Position numbers and translations under genes: made by a program. Source: Streptococcus sp. (GTDB taxonomy: Bacteria; Bacillota; Bacilli; Lactobacillales; Streptococcaceae). Taken from it: a stretch of 64,000 nt of DNA. Below are positions 1 through 11,601 of the stretch, one piece after another. How positions within the stretch are numbered: the stretch's first letter is position 1; each line of letters begins with the position of its first letter. Below the pieces are notes generated by a model. It worked only from the letters and a program-made list of their open reading frames with translations, ran no database searches and was not told the DNA's origin. The DNA lies in assembly GCA_003521145.1 (NCBI GenBank), contig DOTL01000006.1:2018-66017 (forward strand). The letters run 5' to 3'.

Positions 1-75
1 CAAGCATGGACTGAAAAAATTGCCAACCGTCCAGCGGTTAAACGTGGACTTGAAGTCGACTATAAAGATATCTAA
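1..75 (+). CDS. yghU: 3' end of a glutathione S-transferase-like disulfide oxidoreductase (partial)
   Basis: Frame 1 reads QAWTEKIANRPAVKRGLEVDYKDI*, resembling the YghU/GST C-terminus; a hairpin follows at ~83-108. Confidence 0.6.
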   Translation, partial: QAWTEKIANRPAVKRGLEVDYKDI

Positions 76-154
76 TTTTATAGCGGTTTGCCTAGGCTAA
101 CCGTTTTTCTATTGTTTCATGATATAATAGAAACAAAATCACAAGGAGACATTC

Positions 155-1099
155 ATGACTGTATTTCAAGCTATTTTAGAAAAAATAAAAGCCTATGACA
201 CTATTATTATTCACCGCCACCAAAGACCTGACCCTGATGCCATTGGTAGTCAGGTAGGACTGAAGGAAATTTTAAAAACAAACTTTCCAGATAAAAAGGT
301 TCTTGCGACAGGTGTCAATGAACCTACCTTATCTTGGATTGCTGAAATGGATAAGGTAACTGACCAAGACTATGAAGGAGCGCTTGTTATTGTTACCGAT
401 ACAGCCAACACTCCTCGTATCGACGACGACCGTTTTGATAAGGGGGACTTTCTTATCAAAATTGACCATCATCCTAACGACGATGTCTACGGCGACCTCC
501 TCTTAGTTGATACGACTGCTTCAAGTGCCAGCGAAATTGTGACTGACTGGGCTCTCACTCTTAGCCTTTCCTTGTCAGATGCCGCTGCTCGTGTTCTTTA
601 CAATGGTATTGTTGGCGATACAGGTCGCTTCCTCTTTCCGTCTACGACACCTAAAACACTTCAAATTGCGGCTAAACTTCGTGAATACGACTTTGATTTT
701 GCAGCAATGGCACGTCGTATGGATAGTTTCCCATTCAAAATTGCTAGATTACAAGGTTATGTTTTTGATAACCTAGAAGTCGATGAAAATGGTGCAGCTC
801 GAGTTGTCTTGACACGAAAGATTTTGGATGAATTCAATGTCACTGATGCTGAAAGTTCTGCAATTGTTGGCACTCCAGGTCGTATTGATTGCGTCGAATC
901 TTGGGCTATTTTCGTAGAGCAGCCTGAAGGGCATTACCGTGTACGTCTGCGCAGTAAAAGCATTGTCATCAACGAGATTGCTAAACGTCATGACGGTGGA
1001 GGCCACCCACTTGCTAGTGGTGCCAATTCCTACAGCTTAGACGAAAACGAACAAATCTATCAAGAAATCAAGGATACCGTTGCCCATGCAACTCACTAA
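155..1099 (+). CDS. nrnA: DHH/DHHA1 phosphoesterase (nanoRNase/pAp phosphatase, Pde2-like)
   Basis: HQRPDPDAIGSQ, IDHH and GGGHPLASG motifs; AGGAG RBS. Confidence 0.9.
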   Translation: MTVFQAILEKIKAYDTIIIHRHQRPDPDAIGSQVGLKEILKTNFPDKKVLATGVNEPTLSWIAEMDKVTDQDYEGALVIVTDTANTPRIDDDRFDKGDFLIKIDHHPNDDVYGDLLLVDTTASSASEIVTDWALTLSLSLSDAAARVLYNGIVGDTGRFLFPSTTPKTLQIAAKLREYDFDFAAMARRMDSFPFKIARLQGYVFDNLEVDENGAARVVLTRKILDEFNVTDAESSAIVGTPGRIDCVESWAIFVEQPEGHYRVRLRSKSIVINEIAKRHDGGGHPLASGANSYSLDENEQIYQEIKDTVAHATH

Positions 1100-2018
1100 T
1101 CGTCGTGTACGTCTCATGGGGACTGTGATTGACGTCTCTATCTATCATGAAGAACCAGAACCCCTGCTAGACCAGGTTGAAGCACTCCTACATAACTACA
1201 ATAAGCGCTTCTCTGCCAATGACGACAGTTCCGAACTCATGAAAATTAACAAGGCAGCAGGCTTACATTCGGTGACGGTTCACCCAGAGCTTTTTGAACT
1301 TATTGCTCTTGGAAAATGGCATAGCTGCCAACCTGGAAGTCACCTTAACATTGCTATTGGACCTCTCACTCAGACTTGGCGAATTGGTTTTTCGGATGCC
1401 AAGTTGCCTCTGCCTGAAGAAATTCGTCCGCTCCTGGAAATTATCAATCCCAACGCCATTGTTCTATCCGAGGAAAATCAAAGCGTTTTTCTCAAAGAAA
1501 AAGGGATGAAAATTGATCTTGGTGCCCTGGCAAAGGGATATATTGCAGATCGTATTGCAGATTTTCTTAAAGCGGAAAAAGTGACCAGTGCCCTAATCAA
1601 TCTTGGAGGTAATGTTCTAACCTTTGGACCAGCTCTCCATAATCCTGATGAAAAATGGCGGATTGGTATTCAAAATCCTAAGGAGACTAGAAACACAAAT
1701 CTTATGGTGCTTGCTATAAGAGATCAGTCTATTGTCACTTCAGGAATCTATGAACGTACTTTTGAGATAAATGGCAAGACCTACCATCATATTTTTGATA
1801 GCCAGACTGGTTATCCAGTCTCCTGTGACCTAGCTAGTCTTACCATCATTTCATCCCTCTCAGTTGATGGCGAAATTTGGACGACACGTTTATTTGGCTC
1901 AAATCTAGAATGCATTTTCCAGGAAGTTAGTTCACAACCAAATCTTGAAGCAATCATCGTTGATAAAGATAATCGATGCTTTCAGACAGGTGGCATTTAC
2001 AAAATGCGAATTTCCTAA
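1086..2018 (+). CDS. apbE: FAD:protein FMN transferase, ApbE family
   Basis: LMGT, DLGALAKGY, NLGGN, TSGIYER and YHHI motifs; ATG at 1086 overlaps the upstream gene. Confidence 0.88.
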   Translation: MQLTNRRVRLMGTVIDVSIYHEEPEPLLDQVEALLHNYNKRFSANDDSSELMKINKAAGLHSVTVHPELFELIALGKWHSCQPGSHLNIAIGPLTQTWRIGFSDAKLPLPEEIRPLLEIINPNAIVLSEENQSVFLKEKGMKIDLGALAKGYIADRIADFLKAEKVTSALINLGGNVLTFGPALHNPDEKWRIGIQNPKETRNTNLMVLAIRDQSIVTSGIYERTFEINGKTYHHIFDSQTGYPVSCDLASLTIISSLSVDGEIWTTRLFGSNLECIFQEVSSQPNLEAIIVDKDNRCFQTGGIYKMRIS

Positions 2019-2122
2019 AAAATAGTAAAAAAGACTTGTCAAGAAGACCACCTTTTGATAAACTAAAATAGTTAAAAAACTATGGTGCGGAAAGTACCAT
2101 GGCAGAAAGGAAATATTTTAAC

Positions 2123-2365
2123 ATGAAAAAAGATATCCATCCAGATTACCATCAAGTAGTATTCATGGACACAACTACTGGTTACCAATTCCTTAGCGGT
2201 TCAACTAAACACTCAAACGAAACAGTTGAATTCGAAGGTGAAACTTACCCACTTATCCGTGTAGAAATTTCATCAGATTCACACCCATTCTACACTGGCC
2301 GTCAAAAATTCACTCAAGCAGACGGACGCGTGGATCGTTTCAACAAAAAATACGGTCTCAAATAA
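2123..2365 (+). CDS. rpmE2: 50S ribosomal protein L31 type B (no CXXC)
   Basis: MKKDIHPDY...[10 protein letters not shown]...[22 protein letters not shown]. Confidence 0.96.
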   Translation: MKKDIHPDYHQVVFMDTTTGYQFLSGSTKHSNETVEFEGETYPLIRVEISSDSHPFYTGRQKFTQADGRVDRFNKKYGLK

Positions 2366-2381
2366 GCAACATCTTGTTGTT

Positions 2382-2409
2382 AAGCCATTCCAATTGGAAT
2401 GGTTTTTTT
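2382..2409 (+). terminator. Intrinsic terminator after rpmE2
   Basis: AAGCCATTCC-AATT-GGAATGGTTT followed by a T run. Confidence 0.8.
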
Positions 2410-2489
2410 GTATTCTCTTGGCTATAATCTCTCCTACTCCCCTCTTATAAAATAAAAAACAGCTTCCATATGGAAACCGTTTAATCCTA

Positions 2490-3752
2490 TTAACCTGCTT
2501 TACCAATAGCCAAAGCCCAGATAAAGAAGAGGGCAAATCCAAATAAGAAGATCAAACCTGCAACAGCAAGACCTTTCAACCAAGTTGGAAGGTCTCTCTT
2601 TGCTTTTGTAACAAGTACATAATTCAAAAGCGCAAAGAAAGGTGTTGTAAGGAATGAACCAATCATTGCAAAACGAAGCATTGTTGCTACTTGACCTTGG
2701 AAGAAGAAAATAATGATAAGACCAAGAATAGCTGTCAAGGTCATCCAAACATTCAATTGTGTTTGATTTTTTTCTTTTTGTTTAAACAAAAGACGAAGAG
2801 AAATCTCGTTAACACGTGAGTAACCATCGATAACAGTAATCACAGTACCAAAGATACACAAGAAAGCGATAAAGGTAATCAAATAGCGTGACCACTCACC
2901 AAGTACTGAGGCATACATACCAACAAACTGAGCAATATACTTAGCTGATGCTGCTTCTACTGGTTTACCAGTTGGATACTGGATAAGAGCACCTAAGGCT
3001 ACAAAGAATACTGCAAGAATAGCTGTTCCAATGTAACCAATGTTAAAGTCAAAGAGAGCATCATCAGTGTTGAAATCAACAGTTTTCTTTTTTTCAGCTG
3101 ACCAAAGTGAGTTAATGGCTGAAATTTCAATTGGAGCTGGCATCCATCCAAGAAGTGAAACGATAAATGGAAGGGCTGCTAGCTGCCATGGTGTTTTTTC
3201 AACGAAGTCAGCACTGTACTCTGGGTGTTTGATTGTTGCAATAATAACTGCTGCTACTGTTGCGATAGTCAAGGCTGACATAATCCATTTAGCCATACCA
3301 TCAAGAAGTTTGTAACCACCAAAGAGTAACATACCCCAGATAATTGCAACCAAAATAATTGACCAAGTGGTAATACTCAAACCAAGCATTGGAAAGGCAC
3401 TAGCAATGATAGCTGAACAAAGAATAGAAACACCTGCAGTATTAACCAAGGCTGAAAAGACATTCAAAATGAAGAATACCCAAAGATATAATTTACCTTT
3501 CTCAGCATAACCTTCAACAAGGGTTTTACCCGTATCTGCGGTATACTCAGCACCAAAACGGAAGAATGGGTATTTAAAGAGGTTAGCTAGAATAACCAAG
3601 CCTAGCAAGGCCCATCCATAAGAACCACCCGCTTGAGTTGATGAAACGATGTGGGAACCACCTACGGCCGCTGAAGCCATTAGGATACCAGGTCCCATTG
3701 CTTTTATTTTACTACGCCAGGTAGACTGCCTAGATATACTTATTTCTGACAT
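2490..3752 (-). CDS. NRAMP-related (APC superfamily) membrane transporter
   Basis: GPGILMASAAVGGSH N-terminal motif; about 11 hydrophobic segments. Confidence 0.75.
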   Translation of the reverse strand: MSEISISRQSTWRSKIKAMGPGILMASAAVGGSHIVSSTQAGGSYGWALLGLVILANLFKYPFFRFGAEYTADTGKTLVEGYAEKGKLYLWVFFILNVFSALVNTAGVSILCSAIIASAFPMLGLSITTWSIILVAIIWGMLLFGGYKLLDGMAKWIMSALTIATVAAVIIATIKHPEYSADFVEKTPWQLAALPFIVSLLGWMPAPIEISAINSLWSAEKKKTVDFNTDDALFDFNIGYIGTAILAVFFVALGALIQYPTGKPVEAASAKYIAQFVGMYASVLGEWSRYLITFIAFLCIFGTVITVIDGYSRVNEISLRLLFKQKEKNQTQLNVWMTLTAILGLIIIFFFQGQVATMLRFAMIGSFLTTPFFALLNYVLVTKAKRDLPTWLKGLAVAGLIFLFGFALFFIWALAIGKAG

Positions 3753-3888
3753 AAGAGAATCTCCTAAAAGTTTTCAGTATAATCTGAATTGATGTTTATA
3801 ATTTTACACAATTATTGGAATAATTTCAATAGCATTTCAAATATTTTCTAAAAATAGAAAAAAGCCATCCAAACGGATAGCTCTTTTA

Positions 3889-4857
3889 CTATTTAGAAAG
3901 TCCCGTAAAGAAATCTACGATGGCTTGCCAGATTTGTGCAAAAATATTTTTGCTGCTCTCAACCGCTTTGTTGGCATTAAAGTTTAGTTTGATTCCAGAG
4001 AAGGTATTACCAGCTTTCGAAACGATAGAATCTTTTAGTGAACTCAAGCTTGACTTGAAACTAGCACTATCAATGATTGAAGACTTAGATAAATTCAGAG
4101 CAAAATTCACCAGAAGATTGATTTGCGTATCAGAAAGATTCAAGTTGTAGTTATTGATGGTTTGCTGAACAATCGTTTTAGCTTGATCTTCAGTCAACTT
4201 ATCTCCTTTATCAGCAACAGCTGACTTAATATCAGTCATAGCTACATTAAGCTTGTCTGCGTCATAGTCAGTCTTTCCTGAATTTTCCTCATTAATTTGA
4301 GAAAGGGTTTTGAGTTCCTCTTGCGCAAGCTCTTTGCTTTCATCTGAAACTTTAGCCCCATTTTGCTCAAGGGAATAGTAAATACCAGCCAAGGCACTTT
4401 CTCCAGTAACTGCGATTGGTGCGGCTACCGTAATCTTGGCATGTTCAATACCGAGTGTCGTTGCAGCATTACGATACATATCTGGAGTGATTTTCGTGAT
4501 ATTTTGCGGTGTCACAATCTCTACACTCAAGGTTTCCTTAGCACCTAGCTTAGCAATCTTAACTGAAGAATACAGCTGAAGACTAGAATCGTCAGCAACG
4601 TTCATAATATTCGCATAAGCAGATGTCGTCAAAGTCTTGACATTAGTATCCTTACTACTGTCATACCCTAACAAATTCAAGGTTTCATTACGTTGCTCTT
4701 CAGACAAAGAATACCCCATCACATAGTCTGGTTGAACATAGGATTCATCAATAACCTTTTGGACTTGTGATGATGTTTCTGCTTGAGCAACCGAAGTAAA
4801 GGCTGTTACTGAAGCCAACATAGCCATCCCAGTAACAAGAAGTTTTTTCAATTTCAT
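3889..4857 (-). CDS. Secreted DUF1002 (YpuA-like) protein
   Basis: Signal peptide; NITKITPDMYRNAATTLG and VTGESALAGIY motifs. Confidence 0.8.
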   Translation of the reverse strand: MKLKKLLVTGMAMLASVTAFTSVAQAETSSQVQKVIDESYVQPDYVMGYSLSEEQRNETLNLLGYDSSKDTNVKTLTTSAYANIMNVADDSSLQLYSSVKIAKLGAKETLSVEIVTPQNITKITPDMYRNAATTLGIEHAKITVAAPIAVTGESALAGIYYSLEQNGAKVSDESKELAQEELKTLSQINEENSGKTDYDADKLNVAMTDIKSAVADKGDKLTEDQAKTIVQQTINNYNLNLSDTQINLLVNFALNLSKSSIIDSASFKSSLSSLKDSIVSKAGNTFSGIKLNFNANKAVESSKNIFAQIWQAIVDFFTGLSK

Positions 4858-4971
4858 GTGTGTTTCCTTTCGAAAATAGAATAATATTCCATAATCTCCT
4901 AAAGGACGACTGACTCTAGGCTCATCCGTTCACTTATTATACCACGACTTAAAAAATTTAGGTCAAAAAAA

Positions 4972-5385
4972 CTACTCGTGCAACTCCAAGGGAAGACCAT
5001 CTGGATCAGCAAAGAAAGTCATCTTTTCACCGGTAAAAGTGTCCTTGCGAATAGGTTGGCAGGAGATACCCTTTTGTTCTAACTCTTTGACAACCTCTTC
5101 AATATTAATCACTCTGAAAGCTAAATGACGTAAGCCACACGCTTCAGGATAAGACGGACGTTTTGGGGGCTCCACATAGTTCGGATCATTAGTCTTATTT
5201 CCAAAGATTTCTATTTCTATATTTCCACAACGTAAATCTAACTTATAATCATGGCGTTCTGGACGGTGATTTTCTCGAATAATATCAAAGCCAAGTTTAT
5301 TGACATAAAAATCTCGAGACAAGTCAAAATCAGAAACAATAATAGCAACATGGTGCACTGTATTTAAAAACATATTTTCCTCCAT
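4972..5385 (-). CDS. VOC/glyoxalase family protein (YaeR-like)
   Basis: HHVAII, GLRHLAF and FFADPDGLPLELHE motifs. Confidence 0.88.
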   Translation of the reverse strand: MEENMFLNTVHHVAIIVSDFDLSRDFYVNKLGFDIIRENHRPERHDYKLDLRCGNIEIEIFGNKTNDPNYVEPPKRPSYPEACGLRHLAFRVINIEEVVKELEQKGISCQPIRKDTFTGEKMTFFADPDGLPLELHE

Positions 5386-5409
5386 AGAAAAAGGCCCGAA
5401 GGCCCTATC

Positions 5410-6171
5410 TTAACTTTGAAATTGATTGTATGATTTATTAAAGGCTTCAATAATATCTGAACTAGCCTTGTCAAAATCTACCTGTGATTTCAATTCACCT
5501 TTGACGATTGTACGCTGAGTTGCTTCAGCATCCGTACAAGTTACAAGGGTAACTTCAGACTTGCCAGGTGTATCATCAACTACTGCTACTTCAGTTGGTT
5601 GGACAACCTTCACTTTACTAATAACATAAGTATAGACTTTATTTTTATCCGTAAGATAAATCTTCATACCTTCCTTAGCCTTATCTAGCAGTGAAAATAG
5701 CATGTCAGATGCACCGGCAATACCAAAGACGTGGTGGCTAGCTAGTGAATAGTTGTTTTCACCACCCATGACTTGATCTTCTTTCATCGTTCCTGCACCG
5801 TAAGTCAACTCTGTATTGCCAAGTCCTTTGAAAATAGGGAGATTGATACCTACCTCTGGAATAGCAATACCACCAACGACAGGAAGCTCTTGAGCATCCA
5901 TCTGTGCCTGCAAGACAGACTCTGTTCTAATCGATTTAACGGTGTCAAAGTCAAAGCTAGTCTTAGCTTCCTTGTTTTTCTCAATAGTCTTTTTAGAAAC
6001 CTTGCTCACTTGATACTTATTTGTATTCCAAGCAATCACTGTGTTTAGAATAGACTTATTGAAAATCAAGGCTAAACCAACAACTAAGAGAACAACAATC
6101 AACACCCAGCGAAGAATATCAAGCCACTTACGGCGTTTTTTTGTTGCGTTATTTTTCATATCTTTACTCAT
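5410..6171 (-). CDS. srtA: Class A housekeeping sortase
   Basis: N-terminal TM anchor, LASHH, TLVTC...R; directly downstream of gyrA. Confidence 0.95.
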   Translation of the reverse strand: MSKDMKNNATKKRRKWLDILRWVLIVVLLVVGLALIFNKSILNTVIAWNTNKYQVSKVSKKTIEKNKEAKTSFDFDTVKSIRTESVLQAQMDAQELPVVGGIAIPEVGINLPIFKGLGNTELTYGAGTMKEDQVMGGENNYSLASHHVFGIAGASDMLFSLLDKAKEGMKIYLTDKNKVYTYVISKVKVVQPTEVAVVDDTPGKSEVTLVTCTDAEATQRTIVKGELKSQVDFDKASSDIIEAFNKSYNQFQS

Positions 6172-8639
6172 TAGTTGTCACCACTTCCTTGATCTTCTGA
6201 AGGTTGTTCAACTTCTTCTGGCTCAACTAAAGCAAAGGTTACAATACGAGCTGAGTCATCCAAACGCATGACCTTAACCCCTTGAGTGGCACGACCAGTT
6301 TGTGAAATATTAGCAACTGCAGTACGGATGATAACACCTGTATCGGTGATGACCATGATATCCTCATCACCAGACACTGTTACAATACCTGCTAGGTTAC
6401 CATTCTTCTCTGTGATATTGGCAGTCTTGATACCTTTACCACCACGACCCTTCGTTGGGTATTCAGTAGCTGAGGTACGCTTACCGTAACCTTTTTCAGT
6501 GATAATCAAGACTTCTTGGTCTTCTGTAATGGCAGCTGCACCAACAACTTGGTCACCATCACGAAGAGTTACCCCTTTAACACCGGCAGCCATACGACTC
6601 ATGCTTCGAATAGTGTCCTCTTTGAAGCGTACACTGTAACCAAATTTGGTACCAATGACAATTTCTTCATTACCTGTAGTCAAGAAGACATTGATTAGCT
6701 CGTCACCTTCTCTAAGTTTCAAGGCAATCAAACCATTTTGTCGAATATTCTTAAATTCCGCTTCTTTTGTACGTTTAACCAGACCTTGGCGCGTTACAAA
6801 GACAAGGTGATTATTTTCAGAAGCTTCATCACTCTTTGCGTTAATAACTGTTTGAATGGTCTCACCTTCGTCCAACTTCAAGAGATTGACAATAGGTAAG
6901 CCTTTGGCTGTGCGACCGTATTCTGGGATTTCATACCCCTTAAGACGGTATACACGCCCCTTATTAGTCATGAAGTAAAGGTGATCATGAGTGCTTGTTG
7001 AGACAATATCACGAACAAAGTCATCATCGTTAACACCAGTACCTTGGACACCGCGACCACCACGTTTTTGTGAACGGAACTCGTCTTGGGCTAAACGTTT
7101 AATATACCCTTTATTTGAGAGAGTGATAACAACATCTTCTTCCTCGATGAGGTCCTCATCTTCAAGAGAAATAACTTCTCCGACCATAAGCTCTGTGCGG
7201 CGAGCATCTGCAAATTTACGCTTGCTTTCGTCCAATTCTTCCTTGATGATAGCAACGACACGTTCTGGTTTTGACAAAATATCAGCTAAATCAGCAATCA
7301 GCGCCAAGAGATCATTGTACTCATTTTGAATCTTATCACGTTCCAAACCTGTCAGACGACGCAAACGCATATCAAGAATGGCTTGACTTTGACGTTCCGT
7401 AAGTTCGAAGCGAGCCATCAACTCAGCTTGAGCCTCAGCGTCAGTTTGACTGTTACGGATAATCGTAATCACTTCATCCAAATGATCAAGAGCAATCAGC
7501 AAACCTTCTAAAATGTGGGCCCGTGCTTCAGCCTTATCCTTGTCAAACTGTGTACGACGAACCACAACTTCTTGTTGGTGCGCAATATAGTCAGCCAAGA
7601 TTTGACGCAGAGAAAGAATCTTTGGAACACCCTTTTCAATGGCCAACATGTTGAAGCTAAAGTTAGTCTGAAGTTGCGTTAATTTGAACAAATTGTTCAA
7701 GATAACATTGGCCGAAGCATCACGACGCACTTCGATGACAAAGCGTACCCCTTCACGAGAAGACTCATCACGGACTGCTGTAATCCCCTCAATACGTTTT
7801 TCTTGAGCTAAACGAACGATATGTTCATGGACCTTGGTCTTATTGACCATGTAAGGAAACTCAGTGACTACAATACGCTCACGACCTGATTTAGTTGTTT
7901 CAATTTCAGTACGCGAACGAAGGACAATAGAACCCTTACCAGTCTCATAAGCACGGTGAATACCAGATTTTCCCATGACCAAGCCTCCAGTTGGAAAATC
8001 TGGTCCAGGAAGAACTTCCATCAGTTCACGTGTTGTGACTTCAGGATTATCCATCATCAATTTGACAGCATCAATAGTTTCAGCCAAGTTGTGTGGTGGA
8101 ATGTTAGTCGCCATACCAACGGCAATCCCTGTCGCACCATTAACAAGAAGGTTTGGAATACGTGACGGAAGGACGATTGGCTCACGTTCTGATCCATCAT
8201 AGTTATCTTGAAAATCTACGGTATTCTTATTGAGATCACGAAGCATTTCCAAGGCGATTTTAGACATACGCGCCTCAGTATAACGCTGAGCGGCAGCACC
8301 ATCACCATCCATGGAACCAAAGTTCCCGTGACCATCAACTAACATGTAACGGTAGCTCCACCATTGCGCCATACGAACCATGGCTTCATAGATAGATGAG
8401 TCTCCGTGTGGGTGATATTTACCCATGACATCCCCAGTAATACGGGCAGATTTTTTATGTGGCTTATCAGGTGTCACCCCAAGCTCATTCATTCCATAAA
8501 GAATACGACGTTGTACAGGTTTTAAACCGTCACGAACATCTGGAAGAGCACGAGCCACGATAACACTCATGGCATAATCGATAAAGCTCGTCTTCATCTC
8601 GGACGTCAAATTAACGTCAATTAAATTATTATCTTGCAC
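6171..8639 (-). CDS. gyrA: DNA gyrase subunit A
   Basis: [17 protein letters not shown] and the GyrA-box QKRGGRG. Confidence 0.98.
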   Translation of the reverse strand: MQDNNLIDVNLTSEMKTSFIDYAMSVIVARALPDVRDGLKPVQRRILYGMNELGVTPDKPHKKSARITGDVMGKYHPHGDSSIYEAMVRMAQWWSYRYMLVDGHGNFGSMDGDGAAAQRYTEARMSKIALEMLRDLNKNTVDFQDNYDGSEREPIVLPSRIPNLLVNGATGIAVGMATNIPPHNLAETIDAVKLMMDNPEVTTRELMEVLPGPDFPTGGLVMGKSGIHRAYETGKGSIVLRSRTEIETTKSGRERIVVTEFPYMVNKTKVHEHIVRLAQEKRIEGITAVRDESSREGVRFVIEVRRDASANVILNNLFKLTQLQTNFSFNMLAIEKGVPKILSLRQILADYIAHQQEVVVRRTQFDKDKAEARAHILEGLLIALDHLDEVITIIRNSQTDAEAQAELMARFELTERQSQAILDMRLRRLTGLERDKIQNEYNDLLALIADLADILSKPERVVAIIKEELDESKRKFADARRTELMVGEVISLEDEDLIEEEDVVITLSNKGYIKRLAQDEFRSQKRGGRGVQGTGVNDDDFVRDIVSTSTHDHLYFMTNKGRVYRLKGYEIPEYGRTAKGLPIVNLLKLDEGETIQTVINAKSDEASENNHLVFVTRQGLVKRTKEAEFKNIRQNGLIALKLREGDELINVFLTTGNEEIVIGTKFGYSVRFKEDTIRSMSRMAAGVKGVTLRDGDQVVGAAAITEDQEVLIITEKGYGKRTSATEYPTKGRGGKGIKTANITEKNGNLAGIVTVSGDEDIMVITDTGVIIRTAVANISQTGRATQGVKVMRLDDSARIVTFALVEPEEVEQPSEDQGSGDN

Positions 8640-8746
8640 TCTAAAAATGCCTCTTTTCTTTCATTCAAATCATTCCAAACTCTAATAAAAGAGTATAGAA
8701 AATTTCTATAATATTATACCATAAAACGCTTTATTTCTCAGTTATG

Positions 8747-8810
8747 TAAAACGCTTTCATATATTATTTCTTTATTATTTCGTGACATACATCACTTAAA
8801 GTGGTAGAAT
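8747..8810 (+). promoter_or_regulatory. ldh promoter with a cre (CcpA) site, a Rex-like box and an extended -10
   Basis: TAAAACGCTTTCAT at 8747-8760; TCGTGA-N6-TCACTT at 8780-8797; TGgTAGAAT at 8802-8810. Confidence 0.55.
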
Positions 8811-8812
8811 AA

Positions 8813-9847
<1,035 letters not shown>

Positions 9848-9864
9848 TCTAACATTAGTTAAAT

Positions 9865-9938
9865 AAAAGTCTCCAGTAGGAGACTTTTTTCGTATTCAAA
9901 GAAAGAAAAAACAGCTAATTCAACTGAATTAGCTGTTT
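9865..9938. terminator. Convergent terminators of ldh and nox
   Basis: AAAAGTCTCC-AGTA-GGAGACTTTT and AAACAGCTAATTCA-AC-TGAATTAGCTGTTT. Confidence 0.8.
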
Positions 9939-9942
9939 AAGA

Positions 9943-11316
9943 TTATTTAGCTGAGATAGCTGCTTTAGCAATATAGCTAAGCGGTTGGTTAAAGTGTGGC
10001 ATGAAGAACAGATCAAGCAATTGAAGACGATCAATTGTGACACCTTCTTGGATAGCCAATGAGAACATGTGAATTCCCATAGAGATGTCCATGCGTGATA
10101 CCATTTGAGCTCCTAGAACTTTGCGTGTATCTTTGTCATAAACAATCTTGATTGTAACTTCATCGTTTTCATCTTCCATGAAGGCAGGTTTTTGAAGATC
10201 TGTTGAAGATACTACTGCTGGATTGAAACCAAAGCGTTTTGCTTTTTCTTCGGTCAAACCTGTAGATACCATGTTCAAACCATAGATTGAAATACCATTT
10301 GATCCTTGAACACCGTTTGATTCTACATCGCCACCGCCGGCATTGTGACCACCGACAATACCCGAACGAACAGCGTTTGAAGCCAAGGCAATATAGTTTA
10401 CATCATCAAGGGCATTATCATAAACAGTAGCACAGTCACCAACTGCATAAACATCTTTGATTGATGTTTCTTGTTTCTTATTAACAAGGTAAGCCCCATT
10501 ACGGAATGTTTCCAACTTACCAGCACCGAGAGCTGTGTTAGGACGGAAACCAACTGCAAGAACAACCATATCGACATCGTAAGCATTTTTATCTGTAACG
10601 ATGCGTTCTACCTTAGTTTCACCTTCTACTGCCTTAACAGTTTCACCAAATGCCAATTTAATACCATGGCTTTCCATGTTTTTAGCCATAAGGTCAGTTA
10701 AGTCATGGTCGTAATAACCTGCCAAACATGTATCAACAACGTCGATAAGGATGACTTCTTTACCATGACGTTGGAAAGCTTCAGCCAATTCAACACCAAT
10801 GTAACCAGCACCTACAACCGCTACACGTTTGATATCTTGAGATTTATCGTTCAACTTATCAATAACTTCTTGAGCATTTTGGAAAAGTTTAACAAATTGA
10901 AGGTTTTCAAGCGTAGCTTCGAAAGTATGGCTACCTTCTTTGATTTCAGCACCTTCTATTGGAGGCAAGATTGGTTGAGAACCTGTAGCCAAAATCAATT
11001 TGTCATATGATTCAACATGCTCTTTACCGTCTACGAGGGCTGTAACAGTTTTAGCATCAAAGTCAATAGACTCAACTGGTGAGTTCATATAAACTTTAGC
11101 ACCCTTTCTTTCAAGTCCTTCTTTGTTGGCATAGAAAAGACCGTCGGAACCTGAAATTTGATTACCGATCCAAAGGGCCATACCACAACCCAAGAATGAA
11201 ATGTTAGAGTTTTGGTCGAAAACAACTACTTCATTTTGGTCTCCATAATTATCGAGAATAGTATTAATACTAAAAGTACCAGCGTGGTTAGAACCAACAA
11301 CTACGATTTTTGACAT
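9943..11316 (-). CDS. nox: H2O-forming NADH oxidase
   Basis: NHAG, SFLGCG redox Cys, GAGYIG and VYAVGD motifs; Rex-like TTGTTA-N6-GAACAA upstream at 11402-11419. Confidence 0.93.
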   Translation of the reverse strand: MSKIVVVGSNHAGTFSINTILDNYGDQNEVVVFDQNSNISFLGCGMALWIGNQISGSDGLFYANKEGLERKGAKVYMNSPVESIDFDAKTVTALVDGKEHVESYDKLILATGSQPILPPIEGAEIKEGSHTFEATLENLQFVKLFQNAQEVIDKLNDKSQDIKRVAVVGAGYIGVELAEAFQRHGKEVILIDVVDTCLAGYYDHDLTDLMAKNMESHGIKLAFGETVKAVEGETKVERIVTDKNAYDVDMVVLAVGFRPNTALGAGKLETFRNGAYLVNKKQETSIKDVYAVGDCATVYDNALDDVNYIALASNAVRSGIVGGHNAGGGDVESNGVQGSNGISIYGLNMVSTGLTEEKAKRFGFNPAVVSSTDLQKPAFMEDENDEVTIKIVYDKDTRKVLGAQMVSRMDISMGIHMFSLAIQEGVTIDRLQLLDLFFMPHFNQPLSYIAKAAISAK

Positions 11317-11601
11317 AAGTTTATCCAACTTTCCTTTGATAATAGTTTACTATTTTATTCTACCATAATAGGAAAACGGTTATACCTTTTATGCTCAGAC
11401 TTTGTTACTTTTTGAACAAATTAAATTTGTATGCTCAAAACAAAAATAGGTCACGACAAAATCTGTAGAAAAACACTTTATGATGATGACCTTCCTCTAT
11501 ACCATCTCCGTCTTATCAAATCTTAGTGTATCTACTCAGCTCTTTAACATAAAAAAGAGTGAGCAACTCTCTCTTTAGAGAATGCCAACACTCTTTTATC
11601 A

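Noticed and set aside
2083..2098. L31 leader RNA (GGTGC-GGAAA-GTACC hairpin)
   Set aside because: Plausible, but too short to support without a covariance model.
8385..8399. Fluoroquinolone-resistance mutation in gyrA
   Set aside because: The QRDR reads GDSSIYE, with wild-type Ser81 and Glu85.
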